DNA of 64,000 nucleotides from Candidatus Buchananbacteria bacterium CG10_big_fil_rev_8_21_14_0_10_33_19. Its GTDB lineage: Bacteria; Patescibacteriota; Patescibacteriia; 2-01-FULL-39-33. A model generated the notes under the pieces. The model worked only from the letters and a program-made list of their open reading frames with translations, did not search any database and was not told the DNA's origin. Positions 9,341-18,641 of this stretch are shown here, one piece after another (position 1 is the stretch's first letter; each line of letters starts with the position of its first letter). A program made the position numbers and the translations under genes. The stretch spans positions 8,237 to 72,236 of the forward strand of contig PEZY01000005.1 in NCBI GenBank assembly GCA_002773855.1. Direction: 5' to 3'.

Positions 9341-10447
9341 ATGTCAAAAAAATGCCCAAAACACCCAAAATATCGAGGTATTAGACCACCGAAATCAAAT
9401 TGTAAAACTTGCTGGAAATTTTATCAGGAAATAAAAGCAATAACAGATGATAAAATTGCCCTAGATAGACTAGCTATACAATCATCAGAAAAATTAAGAG
9501 AACTTTCCAAAAAATACAAAAATATTCTTACTGAAAACGATGACTTGAAACAAATAATTCAAGCCATGCAAACTATCAAAGCTAGCACTAAACGTTTTAC
9601 TATTAGCCAAAAAAAAGGTGGCGCATCTGAAGCCACTGCTATAATTGTGGCCAGTGACTGGCATTTCGAAGAAAATGTTCGACCAGAAACAATCAACAAC
9701 CTTAATGCATTTAATATTGAAATTGGTAAAATCCGAGCCAATAATTTTTGGCGGAATTCTTTGACATTAATAAATCTATGCAAAAAAGACATTACTATTA
9801 ATAATATTTTATTGGTTCTGTTAGGCGATTTTATTACTAATATGATCCATGAGGAATTAGCTGAAACAAATCTTTTAGCACCAATTGATGCTTGTATCGA
9901 AGTGCAAAATATTCTAATTTCTGGCATAGAATTTCTATTAAGAAATACTGATTGTCGTCTAACAATTCCATGTCATAGTGGCAATCACGGTCGAACTACT
10001 GCTCGACCAAGACATAGTAACGAAGGTGGTCATTCACTGGAACATTTTATATATCACAATATGGCTATTCATTTTGCCAATAATCCGAGAGTGTCTTTTT
10101 TAATCGCTCAAGGGTATCACACTTACATTAATATTTATAACATGACCATTCGCATTCATCATGGCCATGATATTAGATACCAAGGTGGTGTTGGTGGTCT
10201 ATATATTCCTCTAAATAAAGCCATTGCTCAGTGGAATAAGGGTTGTAGAGCTGACCTAGATATTCTTGGTCATTTTCATCAGTTCCGTGATGGTGGTAAT
10301 TTTATTGTTAATGGTTCACTAATTGGTTACAATGCCTATGCTTTGAGCATAAAAGCTGAATTTGAAAAACCGCGTCAAGCTTTTTTCTTGATTGATAAAA
10401 AACGTGGCAAAACAATTGTTGCTCCAATTCTATTGGACAGCAATTAG
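9341..10447 (+). CDS. Calcineurin-like metallophosphoesterase, phage-type, with N-terminal Cys/His cluster
   Basis: SDWH, LGD, GNHGR, HHGH and GHFH metal motifs, NGSLIG; N-terminal CPKH...CKTC. Confidence 0.75.
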   Translation: MSKKCPKHPKYRGIRPPKSNCKTCWKFYQEIKAITDDKIALDRLAIQSSEKLRELSKKYKNILTENDDLKQIIQAMQTIKASTKRFTISQKKGGASEATAIIVASDWHFEENVRPETINNLNAFNIEIGKIRANNFWRNSLTLINLCKKDITINNILLVLLGDFITNMIHEELAETNLLAPIDACIEVQNILISGIEFLLRNTDCRLTIPCHSGNHGRTTARPRHSNEGGHSLEHFIYHNMAIHFANNPRVSFLIAQGYHTYINIYNMTIRIHHGHDIRYQGGVGGLYIPLNKAIAQWNKGCRADLDILGHFHQFRDGGNFIVNGSLIGYNAYALSIKAEFEKPRQAFFLIDKKRGKTIVAPILLDSN

Positions 10448-10454
10448 ACATCAT

Positions 10455-10484
10455 CTGCCTAGGTAACACTTAGGCAGTTTTTTT
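10455..10484 (+). terminator. Intrinsic terminator
   Basis: CTGCCTAGGT-AAC-ACTTAGGCAG-T7. Confidence 0.85.
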
Positions 10485-10569
10485 ATTTAAAAAAAGACTA
10501 TTGCAATTTAGCTATAAAAATAATAAGATTTAGATAAATATGTACCTTTTAAACCGAGGGAGATAGTTC

Positions 10570-10971
10570 ATGAAAGTATTTGTTTCTGGCAAAACAGAAG
10601 ATATGCCAGCCCACAAACTAAAAAGATTTCATAAGATTAAGCTATACCTGGAAAATCATGGCCATATTGTCATCACTGAATTAGATATCGCCTTCCCAGA
10701 ACTAGGCGAGGAAGTCGAAAAAATCTTAGATAATTGTGATAAAGATTCCGAATTAATTTCTTGGTTAGTATTTTGTATGAAAAAAAATTGGGCAATGGCC
10801 AACTGTGATGCTCTTTTGCTACTCAAAGACTGGCAAGAATGTGAAACATCAGTAATTCTTTGGATTATAGCCAAAAAATTAAATATGCCAATCTATATAG
10901 ATGATAGATCAGACTTTCGCTTACATAATGAAGCTGAAATTAAAAATTGGTTTGAAAACCAAATAGACTAA
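10570..10971 (+). CDS. DUF4406-like protein (nucleoside deoxyribosyltransferase-like fold)
   Basis: MKVFVSG...F...L...GH, CDALLLLKDWQE...AKKLNMPI pattern. Confidence 0.6.
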   Translation: MKVFVSGKTEDMPAHKLKRFHKIKLYLENHGHIVITELDIAFPELGEEVEKILDNCDKDSELISWLVFCMKKNWAMANCDALLLLKDWQECETSVILWIIAKKLNMPIYIDDRSDFRLHNEAEIKNWFENQID

Positions 10972-10998
10972 AACCTAGTTAACAAACTAGGTTTTTTT
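10970..10998 (+). terminator. Intrinsic terminator
   Basis: AAAACCTAGTT-AACA-AACTAGGTTTTTTT. Confidence 0.85.
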
Positions 10999-11054
10999 AT
11001 TTTTAAATATAAACTGATTTTTTATGTTATAATATAAACAAATAAATAGCCTCA

Positions 11055-11825
11055 ATGATAAGAAAAATAAAAAATATTTTAATATTTTTGTCAATAATAT
11101 CTATAGCCTTAAAATTAATATTAATGGCATTAATTTTTGCCTACCCCAATGTCACATCTATTGATAATATTGAAGCCAATGCTCGTGATTTGATTAATAT
11201 GACTAATGAATACAGACATAGTCTGAATCTTGGCGAATTATCTCCCAATGCTAGATTAACCCAGGCCGCTGTCAATAAAGCTCAAGACTTACTAGCTAAC
11301 CAATACTTTGCTCACACTTCACCGGAAGGCAAAAAATTCTCTCAGTGGATAAAAGACGTTAATTATAAATATTTCTATGTTGGTGAAAATTTAGCTATAA
11401 ATTTTAATAAAAACGAAGATGTATTCCAGGCTTGGCTTAATAGCCCCACTCATAAAGAAAACATCATCAAACCACAATACCAAGAAATAGGCATTGCCGT
11501 CTTAGAAGGCAAGTACCAAAATCAACAAACCACTATAGTCGTTCAAATTTTTGGCTCTAGGGTACTAGGGGCTAGCGAACAACTAGATCTAAGCTATAAA
11601 CCGTTAGAAAAATCTACTAACAACTATCTTTACAATGAAAATTTTTTAAAAAAAATAACTTCCCTAAAAAATATAGGAAAGTTAAATGAATTTAACAATT
11701 ATTTTTTGATTGTAATAATGGGTCTCTACCTAATAACTTATACCCCGGTAAAAAAGAATAAAAACCAAATCAATGTCAAACAACCGATTATTAATCGATA
11801 CCAAGCAAAAATATTTAGAGAATGA
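11055..11825 (+). CDS. CAP (SCP) domain protein
   Basis: TNEYR, KAQDL...YFAHTSP, GENLA, WLNSPTHKENI, EIGIAV. Confidence 0.9.
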   Translation: MIRKIKNILIFLSIISIALKLILMALIFAYPNVTSIDNIEANARDLINMTNEYRHSLNLGELSPNARLTQAAVNKAQDLLANQYFAHTSPEGKKFSQWIKDVNYKYFYVGENLAINFNKNEDVFQAWLNSPTHKENIIKPQYQEIGIAVLEGKYQNQQTTIVVQIFGSRVLGASEQLDLSYKPLEKSTNNYLYNENFLKKITSLKNIGKLNEFNNYFLIVIMGLYLITYTPVKKNKNQINVKQPIINRYQAKIFRE

Positions 11826-12559
11826 TGAGACAAATACCTAATTAAATACTTAATAACTAAATAACCAGTAATAGCTGATGACAAAACACCTAACATTAAT
11901 ACCAAAAAATTTGCATCATTAAAATTCCTTATTTCCAACAATTGTTTAAAAGCCGCACCGAAAATAATTGGAGCTGATATTAAAAAAGAAAATTTAGCTG
12001 CCTCTTCTCTCTTTAGACTACGACCCATACCTGCTATAATGGTTATACCAGATCTAGATACTCCGGGAATCAAAGCTAAAATTTGAGCTAGGCCCACGAC
12101 TAGAGAGTCAACCGGACTAGTCATTTGTAAATCTTTCTGTTGTTTAGCATATTTTTCAATCACAAAAAATAAAAGACCAATAACAATTAATGAAATTGCT
12201 ACCACTAATGGTGACCTTAAGGTATTGGTAATAAAGTCTTCAAACAAATATCCCACTAGACCCGCTGGTACAATGCCAATTAAGACTAGCCAAGCAATAC
12301 GTTGATTATAATTATTTTTCAGGTTCCAATTAACCAGGCTAGACAAAAACCCCCGAATTATTTTTTGAATATCATGATAAAAAAATATCGCTACAGCAAT
12401 TAAAGTCCCCACATGTAACATGACGTCAAACAATAATTCATCTGGAAAATGAAAACCAAAAATATCATGAAACAATATTAAGTGGCCAGAACTAGAAATT
12501 GGCAAAAATTCTGTTAGGCCTTGAATAATCCCAGCAATGATTGATAACAAATAATCCAT
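11738..12559 (-). CDS. uppP: Undecaprenyl-diphosphatase
   Basis: GIIQGLTEFLPISSSGHL, PGVSRSGITI. Confidence 0.97.
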   Translation of the reverse strand: MDYLLSIIAGIIQGLTEFLPISSSGHLILFHDIFGFHFPDELLFDVMLHVGTLIAVAIFFYHDIQKIIRGFLSSLVNWNLKNNYNQRIAWLVLIGIVPAGLVGYLFEDFITNTLRSPLVVAISLIVIGLLFFVIEKYAKQQKDLQMTSPVDSLVVGLAQILALIPGVSRSGITIIAGMGRSLKREEAAKFSFLISAPIIFGAAFKQLLEIRNFNDANFLVLMLGVLSSAITGYLVIKYLIRYLSHHSLNIFAWYRLIIGCLTLIWFLFFFTGV

Positions 12560-12583
12560 ATTTTAATAAATCTAAAATTAATT

Positions 12584-13033
12584 ATGTTAGAACTAATATT
12601 CATTCCAATAATTGTAGCTTTAACTACGCAAATTATTAAACTTACTATTGATGGTATACCAAATAATTTGAATTGGCAACATCTAATAAACGATTATGGT
12701 GGCATGCCGTCATCACATACGGCCTATGTAGTGTCACTTGCAACTGTGGTTGGCTTAAGTCAAGGCTTTAATTCGGCCGCTTTTGCAATTAGTTTTGTCT
12801 TAATGTTAATAGTTATCCGTGACGCTATTGGTTTCAGAAGAGAAATAGGTCGTAATGCTGTTTTCACTAATATGTTAGCCAAGATAATTTATAAAGATGC
12901 TTCACCTTCTATTAAGAAAAAATTGGATTTTTTAAATGAGCGCGTTGGTCATTCTCTTCTAGAAGTAATTGTTGGATTTATTTGTGGAGCGACTCTGTCA
13001 ACAATACTGTATATTATTTTATTACAAATATAA
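12584..13033 (+). CDS. Divergent PAP2 family protein (DUF212)
   Basis: GGMPSSH, VIRDAIGFR, ERVGHS..EV..G. Confidence 0.9.
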   Translation: MLELIFIPIIVALTTQIIKLTIDGIPNNLNWQHLINDYGGMPSSHTAYVVSLATVVGLSQGFNSAAFAISFVLMLIVIRDAIGFRREIGRNAVFTNMLAKIIYKDASPSIKKKLDFLNERVGHSLLEVIVGFICGATLSTILYIILLQI

Positions 13034-13094
13034 TTGTAAATAACATAAACCTAAAAATCCATTATTAATAATGGATTTTTTGATTTCGAATAAA

Positions 13095-13979
13095 TTATTT
13101 CTGACAATAATCACAAAAATGAGTTCCACGACCAACCACTTTATCTTTACTAATTGGCCTTGTACATTTTTTACAAGCCTGGTCTTTACGGCCATACACC
13201 TTAAGATAGGGCACAAAACCACCACTACCACCATCTAAATTAACATAAGTACTATATGATGTCCCCTTCTTTAAAATAGATAGTTTTAATATCCTTTTAA
13301 TATGTGTTAATAATTTTTTAATTTCTAAATCAGAAATATTTTTAGCCAACCGGGTAGGCAAAACACCAGTTGCAAAGCAAGCTTCATCAGCATAAATATT
13401 ACCAATACCAGCAACTAAAGTCTGATCTAATAATATTTGTTTGATTTTTCTATTAGTATAACGATCAATAATTGACTTAAAATACTTAAAATCAAAATCA
13501 GAAGACAGAGCTTCAACACCATAGTTCTTAAAAATAACATTTAACTGATCACTGGTCACCAATCTCATCCAACCAAATTTTCTCATATCATTAAAATATA
13601 ATACACTGCCATCAGAAAAGGTAATGATAATATGAGTGTGCTTATTGGGCAAATCTTTGCCGCCATCTTTCTGGGGATGACCACCAATCACTAATTGTCC
13701 AATCTGGGGCCGAAAAATTAATTGACCAGTCATTTTTAAATGAACAGACAAAAACTCGCCACTATTGTTCTTATTATCAGAAGATAATTTAAAAACTAAC
13801 ATTTTAGCTCGCCTATCTACAGCAATTATTTTATGCCCTATCAACTGTTTCGTAAAAGACTCTACCGATAACGGACTTACCATTTTAGGCCAGCTTACTG
13901 TTACAGATTTAATTTTTTTACCAATTACGACATTGGCTAATTGCTGGCGAAGGGTTTCTACTTCGGGTAATTCTGGCAT
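13095..13979 (-). CDS. mutM: Formamidopyrimidine-DNA glycosylase
   Basis: MPELPEVET, HLKMTG, GIGNIYADE, C-terminal zinc finger. Confidence 0.97.
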   Translation of the reverse strand: MPELPEVETLRQQLANVVIGKKIKSVTVSWPKMVSPLSVESFTKQLIGHKIIAVDRRAKMLVFKLSSDNKNNSGEFLSVHLKMTGQLIFRPQIGQLVIGGHPQKDGGKDLPNKHTHIIITFSDGSVLYFNDMRKFGWMRLVTSDQLNVIFKNYGVEALSSDFDFKYFKSIIDRYTNRKIKQILLDQTLVAGIGNIYADEACFATGVLPTRLAKNISDLEIKKLLTHIKRILKLSILKKGTSYSTYVNLDGGSGGFVPYLKVYGRKDQACKKCTRPISKDKVVGRGTHFCDYCQK

Positions 13980-13992
13980 AAACTAATATAAA

Positions 13993-14208
13993 TTATTTCT
14001 CATGAAGTTTTTTAAAAGTTTTTGCTCTTTTTAAAATCATATCAATATCTTCATCATCAGCTAAATCTTTTAACGCTTCCTGAACTGTTACTGGCTGAAA
14101 ATCACGCTTAGACAAAATGCGAGCAATACTAATCAGAGCATCAATTAAACCTACAGTGATTCCATCTTCACTACGACAATCGATTTTATTTTTATTACTA
14201 TTTACCAT
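13993..14208 (-). CDS. Small hypothetical protein (about 71 aa)
   Basis: ATG at 14208 overlaps the last secA codons; fills the gap between secA and mutM. Confidence 0.5.
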   Translation of the reverse strand: MVNSNKNKIDCRSEDGITVGLIDALISIARILSKRDFQPVTVQEALKDLADDEDIDMILKRAKTFKKLHEK

Positions 14209-16951
14209 GACACTTCTTAAACTTTTGACCACTACCACAGGGACATGGATCATTTCTACCAATCTTATCACCAGCAAAATGTGACTCATCTTTTACTATC
14301 TTATCAACTTTTCTTTCTTGTATACCACTATCAGCCTCCATCGGAGATTTCATATTTGATTCTTTACTTGGCGCACTAAACTGTAAATTAGTTTTTGGCA
14401 CTTCTGTATTAGTCATTTGACTAGGCGCTATCATACCTATCTTAAATATACTATAAGCCACCTGTCTATCTATTTCAGACAATAACAATCTAAACAATCT
14501 AATAGACTCCCTTTTATACTCGATCAAAGGATCTCTCTGACCATAGCCACGTAAGCCGATACCTGTTCGTAAACTACTCATAGTATCTAAATGATCAATC
14601 CAAATAGTATCTATGGTTCTAAGTAAAATGCTTTTTTCGATCTGCCTCATGGGTTTTAATTTAGAATCACCACTAGGCATTAAATTGATATTTTTCTCTA
14701 ACTCATCATATCTAGCAACAGCCAACTTTCTTAAATAACCAATAATTTTAGCACGACTCATATTGTCCTCTTGATTATCACCAGCTTCAGCTTTTAATTC
14801 TTCCAATTTCTTTCTAAGTTCCATAGAAATTGGAAACATAGCATTAATAGATCCATAAATTTCATCTAAATTCCATTCACTTTCCAAATCAGAATTGGTA
14901 TGAAATTTTACCACATTATCAATTTCATGATAAATAGCCTCAACAACAACTTGTTTAAGATCAAAGTTATCATGATTTAAATCATTATTTCCATCCTCTG
15001 CTAATATTTGATTTCTCTTTTTATAAATAGTTTCTCGATGTTTATTCATCACATCATCATATTCCACCAAATGTTTTCTGATGTCAAAATTATTGCCTTC
15101 AACTCGCTTTTGAGCTTGTTCGATTGACCGAGAAATAATTTTATTTTCAATTGGCACATCATCAGGCAAGCCTAAGGTAGTCATAATCGACTTCATCTTA
15201 GACGAACCAAAAACTCGCATCAAATCATCATCCATTGATAACAAAAATTGAGACATACCAGGATCACCTTGTCGACCAGCTCGACCGCGTAACTGATTAT
15301 CAATTCGACGAGATTCATGACGCTCAGTACCCAAAACACACAAACCACCAGCGGCTACCACCTTGTCATATTCTGATTGATCAAATGGATAACCACCTAA
15401 TATGATATCAACACCACGTCCAGCCATATTTGTCGCCACCGTTACTGCGTTAAATTTTCCAGCTTGAGCAATAATATGAGCTTCTTTTTCATGGTGTTTA
15501 GCATTTAAAACTTGAGCATCAATCCCTTCCCTAGTCAGTAAATCAGCAATTATTTCATTTTTTTCAATAGAAATTGTACCGATTAAAACTGGCTGTCCGG
15601 TCTGATGACGTTCTTTTACTTCCGCCACTAAAGCCTGATATTTGCCATGTTCATTTTTATATATTTTATCATTTAAATCTCGTCTAATAGTCGGCTTATT
15701 CGTTGGCACTGTAACCACCTCTAATTTATAAATCTTAGAAAACTCCTCTGCCTCAGTAGCCGCTGTTCCAGTCATACCAGATAATTTTTCATACATTCTA
15801 AAATAATTTTGAAAAGAAATAGTCGCTAAAGTCACACTTTCTCTTTGAACAGAAACATTTTCTTTGGCCTCAATCGCTTGATGTAAGCCTTCGCCGTATC
15901 TTCTGCCAAACATCATGCGGCCAGTAAATTCATCGATAATAATAATTTCACCATCTTTGACCACATAGTCTTTGTCTTTTTTAAATAAAGCCTGCGCCTT
16001 TAGAGCTTGTTCAATATGATGAACATCACGAATACCTCTGTCAGTATAAATATTGTCTACACCCAATATTTTTTCTATTTTTTCTATACCCTCATCGGTC
16101 AAAGTCGCCGCTTTCATTTTTTCGTCAATATTATAATCAGGACCTTCTGATAAATTATTAACTATTTTAGAAAATTGATAATACTTATCAGTTGATTCCA
16201 TATCTGGAGCTGAAATAATAAGTGGGGTTCTAGCTTCATCAATTAAAATAGAATCAACTTCATCAACAATAGCGTAGTAAAGGCCACGTTGAGTTTTTTC
16301 CTCAAGTGTTGGCACCATATTATCACGCAAATAATCAAAGCCAAATTCATTATTTGTGCCATACAAAACATCGCAAGCGTAAGCTTCTTTTCTAGTACAG
16401 GGTTCTAAATACTGAACATCTAAAACCTCATCGCCTTCGTTAGATTTTTTATCTTGATTAAATTTGTAAGAAATGTTTTGTTGTTGAATACAACTAGTTG
16501 TCATGCCCAAAAAATTATAAACTCGACCCATCCAATCAGCATGAATTCGAGATAAATAATCATTAACCGTAATCAAATGAGCTCCTTGGCCAGCCAAAGC
16601 ATTTAAATACATCGGAGCGGTAGCCGCCAGTGTTTTACCTTCACCGGTTTTCATTTCCGAAATTTGACCACGATGCAAAGCAATGCCAGAAATCAACTGA
16701 ACATCATAATGCCTTTGACCAATTACACGATATGCCGCCTCTCGCACAGTGGCAAAGGCTTCTGGTAAAATATCGTCTAAGGTTTTGCCATTTTGCAGTT
16801 CGGCTTTTAACTTGATGGTTTGATTTTTAAGCTCTTCATCAGTTAATGACTTGATTTTAACCTCAAAATCATTAATCTGGTCAACAACGACCTTAATCTC
16901 CTTTAATACTTTTTCATTAGAATCAGGAAACATCCTTGATAATATAGACAT
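14198..16951 (-). CDS. secA: Preprotein translocase SecA
   Basis: MKTGEGKT, DEVDSILIDEARTPLIIS, C-terminal GRNDPCPCGSG. Confidence 0.99.
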   Translation of the reverse strand: MSILSRMFPDSNEKVLKEIKVVVDQINDFEVKIKSLTDEELKNQTIKLKAELQNGKTLDDILPEAFATVREAAYRVIGQRHYDVQLISGIALHRGQISEMKTGEGKTLAATAPMYLNALAGQGAHLITVNDYLSRIHADWMGRVYNFLGMTTSCIQQQNISYKFNQDKKSNEGDEVLDVQYLEPCTRKEAYACDVLYGTNNEFGFDYLRDNMVPTLEEKTQRGLYYAIVDEVDSILIDEARTPLIISAPDMESTDKYYQFSKIVNNLSEGPDYNIDEKMKAATLTDEGIEKIEKILGVDNIYTDRGIRDVHHIEQALKAQALFKKDKDYVVKDGEIIIIDEFTGRMMFGRRYGEGLHQAIEAKENVSVQRESVTLATISFQNYFRMYEKLSGMTGTAATEAEEFSKIYKLEVVTVPTNKPTIRRDLNDKIYKNEHGKYQALVAEVKERHQTGQPVLIGTISIEKNEIIADLLTREGIDAQVLNAKHHEKEAHIIAQAGKFNAVTVATNMAGRGVDIILGGYPFDQSEYDKVVAAGGLCVLGTERHESRRIDNQLRGRAGRQGDPGMSQFLLSMDDDLMRVFGSSKMKSIMTTLGLPDDVPIENKIISRSIEQAQKRVEGNNFDIRKHLVEYDDVMNKHRETIYKKRNQILAEDGNNDLNHDNFDLKQVVVEAIYHEIDNVVKFHTNSDLESEWNLDEIYGSINAMFPISMELRKKLEELKAEAGDNQEDNMSRAKIIGYLRKLAVARYDELEKNINLMPSGDSKLKPMRQIEKSILLRTIDTIWIDHLDTMSSLRTGIGLRGYGQRDPLIEYKRESIRLFRLLLSEIDRQVAYSIFKIGMIAPSQMTNTEVPKTNLQFSAPSKESNMKSPMEADSGIQERKVDKIVKDESHFAGDKIGRNDPCPCGSGQKFKKCHGK

Positions 16952-17015
16952 AAATGTAATTAAATATATAATTTGCCCAGTTATTCTACCAGAAAATCAG
17001 ATTATTTGCAATCTA

Positions 17016-17042
17016 AAAAGCTCCAATAATGGGAGCTTTTTT
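17016..17042. terminator. Terminator-like hairpin downstream of hpf
   Basis: AAAAGCTCC-AATAATG-GGAGCTTTTTT. Confidence 0.7.
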
Positions 17043-17045
17043 GAA

Positions 17046-17345
17046 CTATTTATGAGTTTCTTTATATTTTTTAAGTAGTATTTTGAGTTTTTCGTTTACT
17101 TGATTCATAGATTTTATTATATCATCAGTCTCGGCACTAGCCCTTAAAATTGTTTTAGGTACCGATAAGTTAACAATCGTCTTATAAATATTACCCTTAT
17201 TATGATGCATGGAACTAAGCCCAATTTCCACATCAGCACTAATAATATTTTCAAAATATTTAGATAAACTGCTTATCTTGTCATTGATAATTTCATGCGA
17301 TTCTGGGGTGAGCTTGGCGTTAGTCGCCTTGATATTAATTTGCAT
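17046..17345 (-). CDS. hpf: Ribosome hibernation factor HPF/RaiA (short form)
   Basis: MQINIKATNAKLT...KISSLSKYF...LRAS pattern. Confidence 0.85.
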   Translation of the reverse strand: MQINIKATNAKLTPESHEIINDKISSLSKYFENIISADVEIGLSSMHHNKGNIYKTIVNLSVPKTILRASAETDDIIKSMNQVNEKLKILLKKYKETHK

Positions 17346-17374
17346 GGCGTTTATTTTATTAGTTAATTATAAGG

Positions 17375-18340
17375 TTAAAACCCTCGATATTGTATCTCTT
17401 CCATTAACTGTAAATTAAATTTTAATCTAACTTTTTGTTTAATAATACTAATTAGCATAATAATATCTTCAGCTGTGGCATCACCAGTATTGATAATTCG
17501 TCCAGAATGCTTCTCAGAAATCATCGCGCCACCTATTTTTTTACCTTTTAGACCACACCTTTCTATCAGCCAAGCGGCTGGAATCGTCGAGTAAGTCGTA
17601 AAGCTTTCTGGCATATCCGGATATTTAACAGCAAATTCTTTAATTTCTTCTTTAGACAATTTAATATTTTTAAAGACACTGCCAGCACTGGGCTGTTTGT
17701 CGTCTTTTTGGTTACGTTGAGCTATTATTTCATCCATTTTAGTTTTAATCGCCTTTTTATCACCTCGCTTTAAAGCAAATGTGACGGACAAAATTATGTC
17801 GTGATTATCATCTTGCTTAAAAACGCTAGAGCGATAAGAAAATTCACATTTTTTGTTACTGAGCTTTTTAACTTTGTTGTCTCTAATAATTTCTACCTCC
17901 TCCACACTACCGGCCATATCACCACCATAAGCTCCGGCATTATTACACAAAGCTCCACCTACTGTTCCTGGTATACCCATAGCCCATTCCAAACCAGACA
18001 AACTAGAACCCAAAGCCTCACCAACAGCTTTACTCAACAGTGAACCAGCACTACATTCTAATTTTTCATCTTTATTTTTTATTTTACTATCATTAATTTT
18101 TATAACCAGGCCATCAAACCCAGCATCGGAAAATAATATATTAGTGCCACTACCCAAAATCAGATAAGGTAATTTGAGTTTAGTAGACATCGCTACTAAT
18201 TTAGCAATATCATCGTTAGAATTAGCAATACAAAAATACTTGGCTGGGCCACCAATTTTAAATGAAGTATAAGACGCTAACATCTCCCCTTCTTTGATAG
18301 GACTTAAAACAACGGATCTTAATTTAATTAAAGTATCCAT
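17375..18340 (-). CDS. murB: UDP-N-acetylmuramate dehydrogenase
   Basis: YTSFKIGGPA, GIPGTVGGA, FSYRSS, SAGSVFKN. Confidence 0.97.
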   Translation of the reverse strand: MDTLIKLRSVVLSPIKEGEMLASYTSFKIGGPAKYFCIANSNDDIAKLVAMSTKLKLPYLILGSGTNILFSDAGFDGLVIKINDSKIKNKDEKLECSAGSLLSKAVGEALGSSLSGLEWAMGIPGTVGGALCNNAGAYGGDMAGSVEEVEIIRDNKVKKLSNKKCEFSYRSSVFKQDDNHDIILSVTFALKRGDKKAIKTKMDEIIAQRNQKDDKQPSAGSVFKNIKLSKEEIKEFAVKYPDMPESFTTYSTIPAAWLIERCGLKGKKIGGAMISEKHSGRIINTGDATAEDIIMLISIIKQKVRLKFNLQLMEEIQYRGF

Positions 18341-18356
18341 TAATTAATTTTAATAA

Positions 18357-18608
18357 TTATTTACTGTGTTTCAAGAAAATTTTCTTCTTTTTACCGGTTC
18401 CTTTGTAGAACTCATTTTCTTCCATAACCTGCTTTTGCTTAGAAAAACCAGAGCCCATGGCCTTTGATTTTTTTTCTATTAAACCATCACTTAGGCCACC
18501 ATATTGTTTTTCTAAATCCTCTTCCCAATCAAGTTGTTCTTCAATTTCTTCATCAGAATCTAGAATACTGTCCTGATCCAAACTGTCATCTATGGCAGTT
18601 TGCTGCAT
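18357..18608 (-). CDS. Small acidic hypothetical protein
   Basis: 83-aa ORF co-oriented between murC and murB. Confidence 0.55.
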   Translation of the reverse strand: MQQTAIDDSLDQDSILDSDEEIEEQLDWEEDLEKQYGGLSDGLIEKKSKAMGSGFSKQKQVMEENEFYKGTGKKKKIFLKHSK

Positions 18609-18641
18609 ACGATTTTCTATTAATTTATTAAATATATTAGC

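Noticed and set aside
9341-10998. Prophage remnant
   Set aside because: No integrase, terminase, structural genes or att repeats; the phage-like genes are scattered singly
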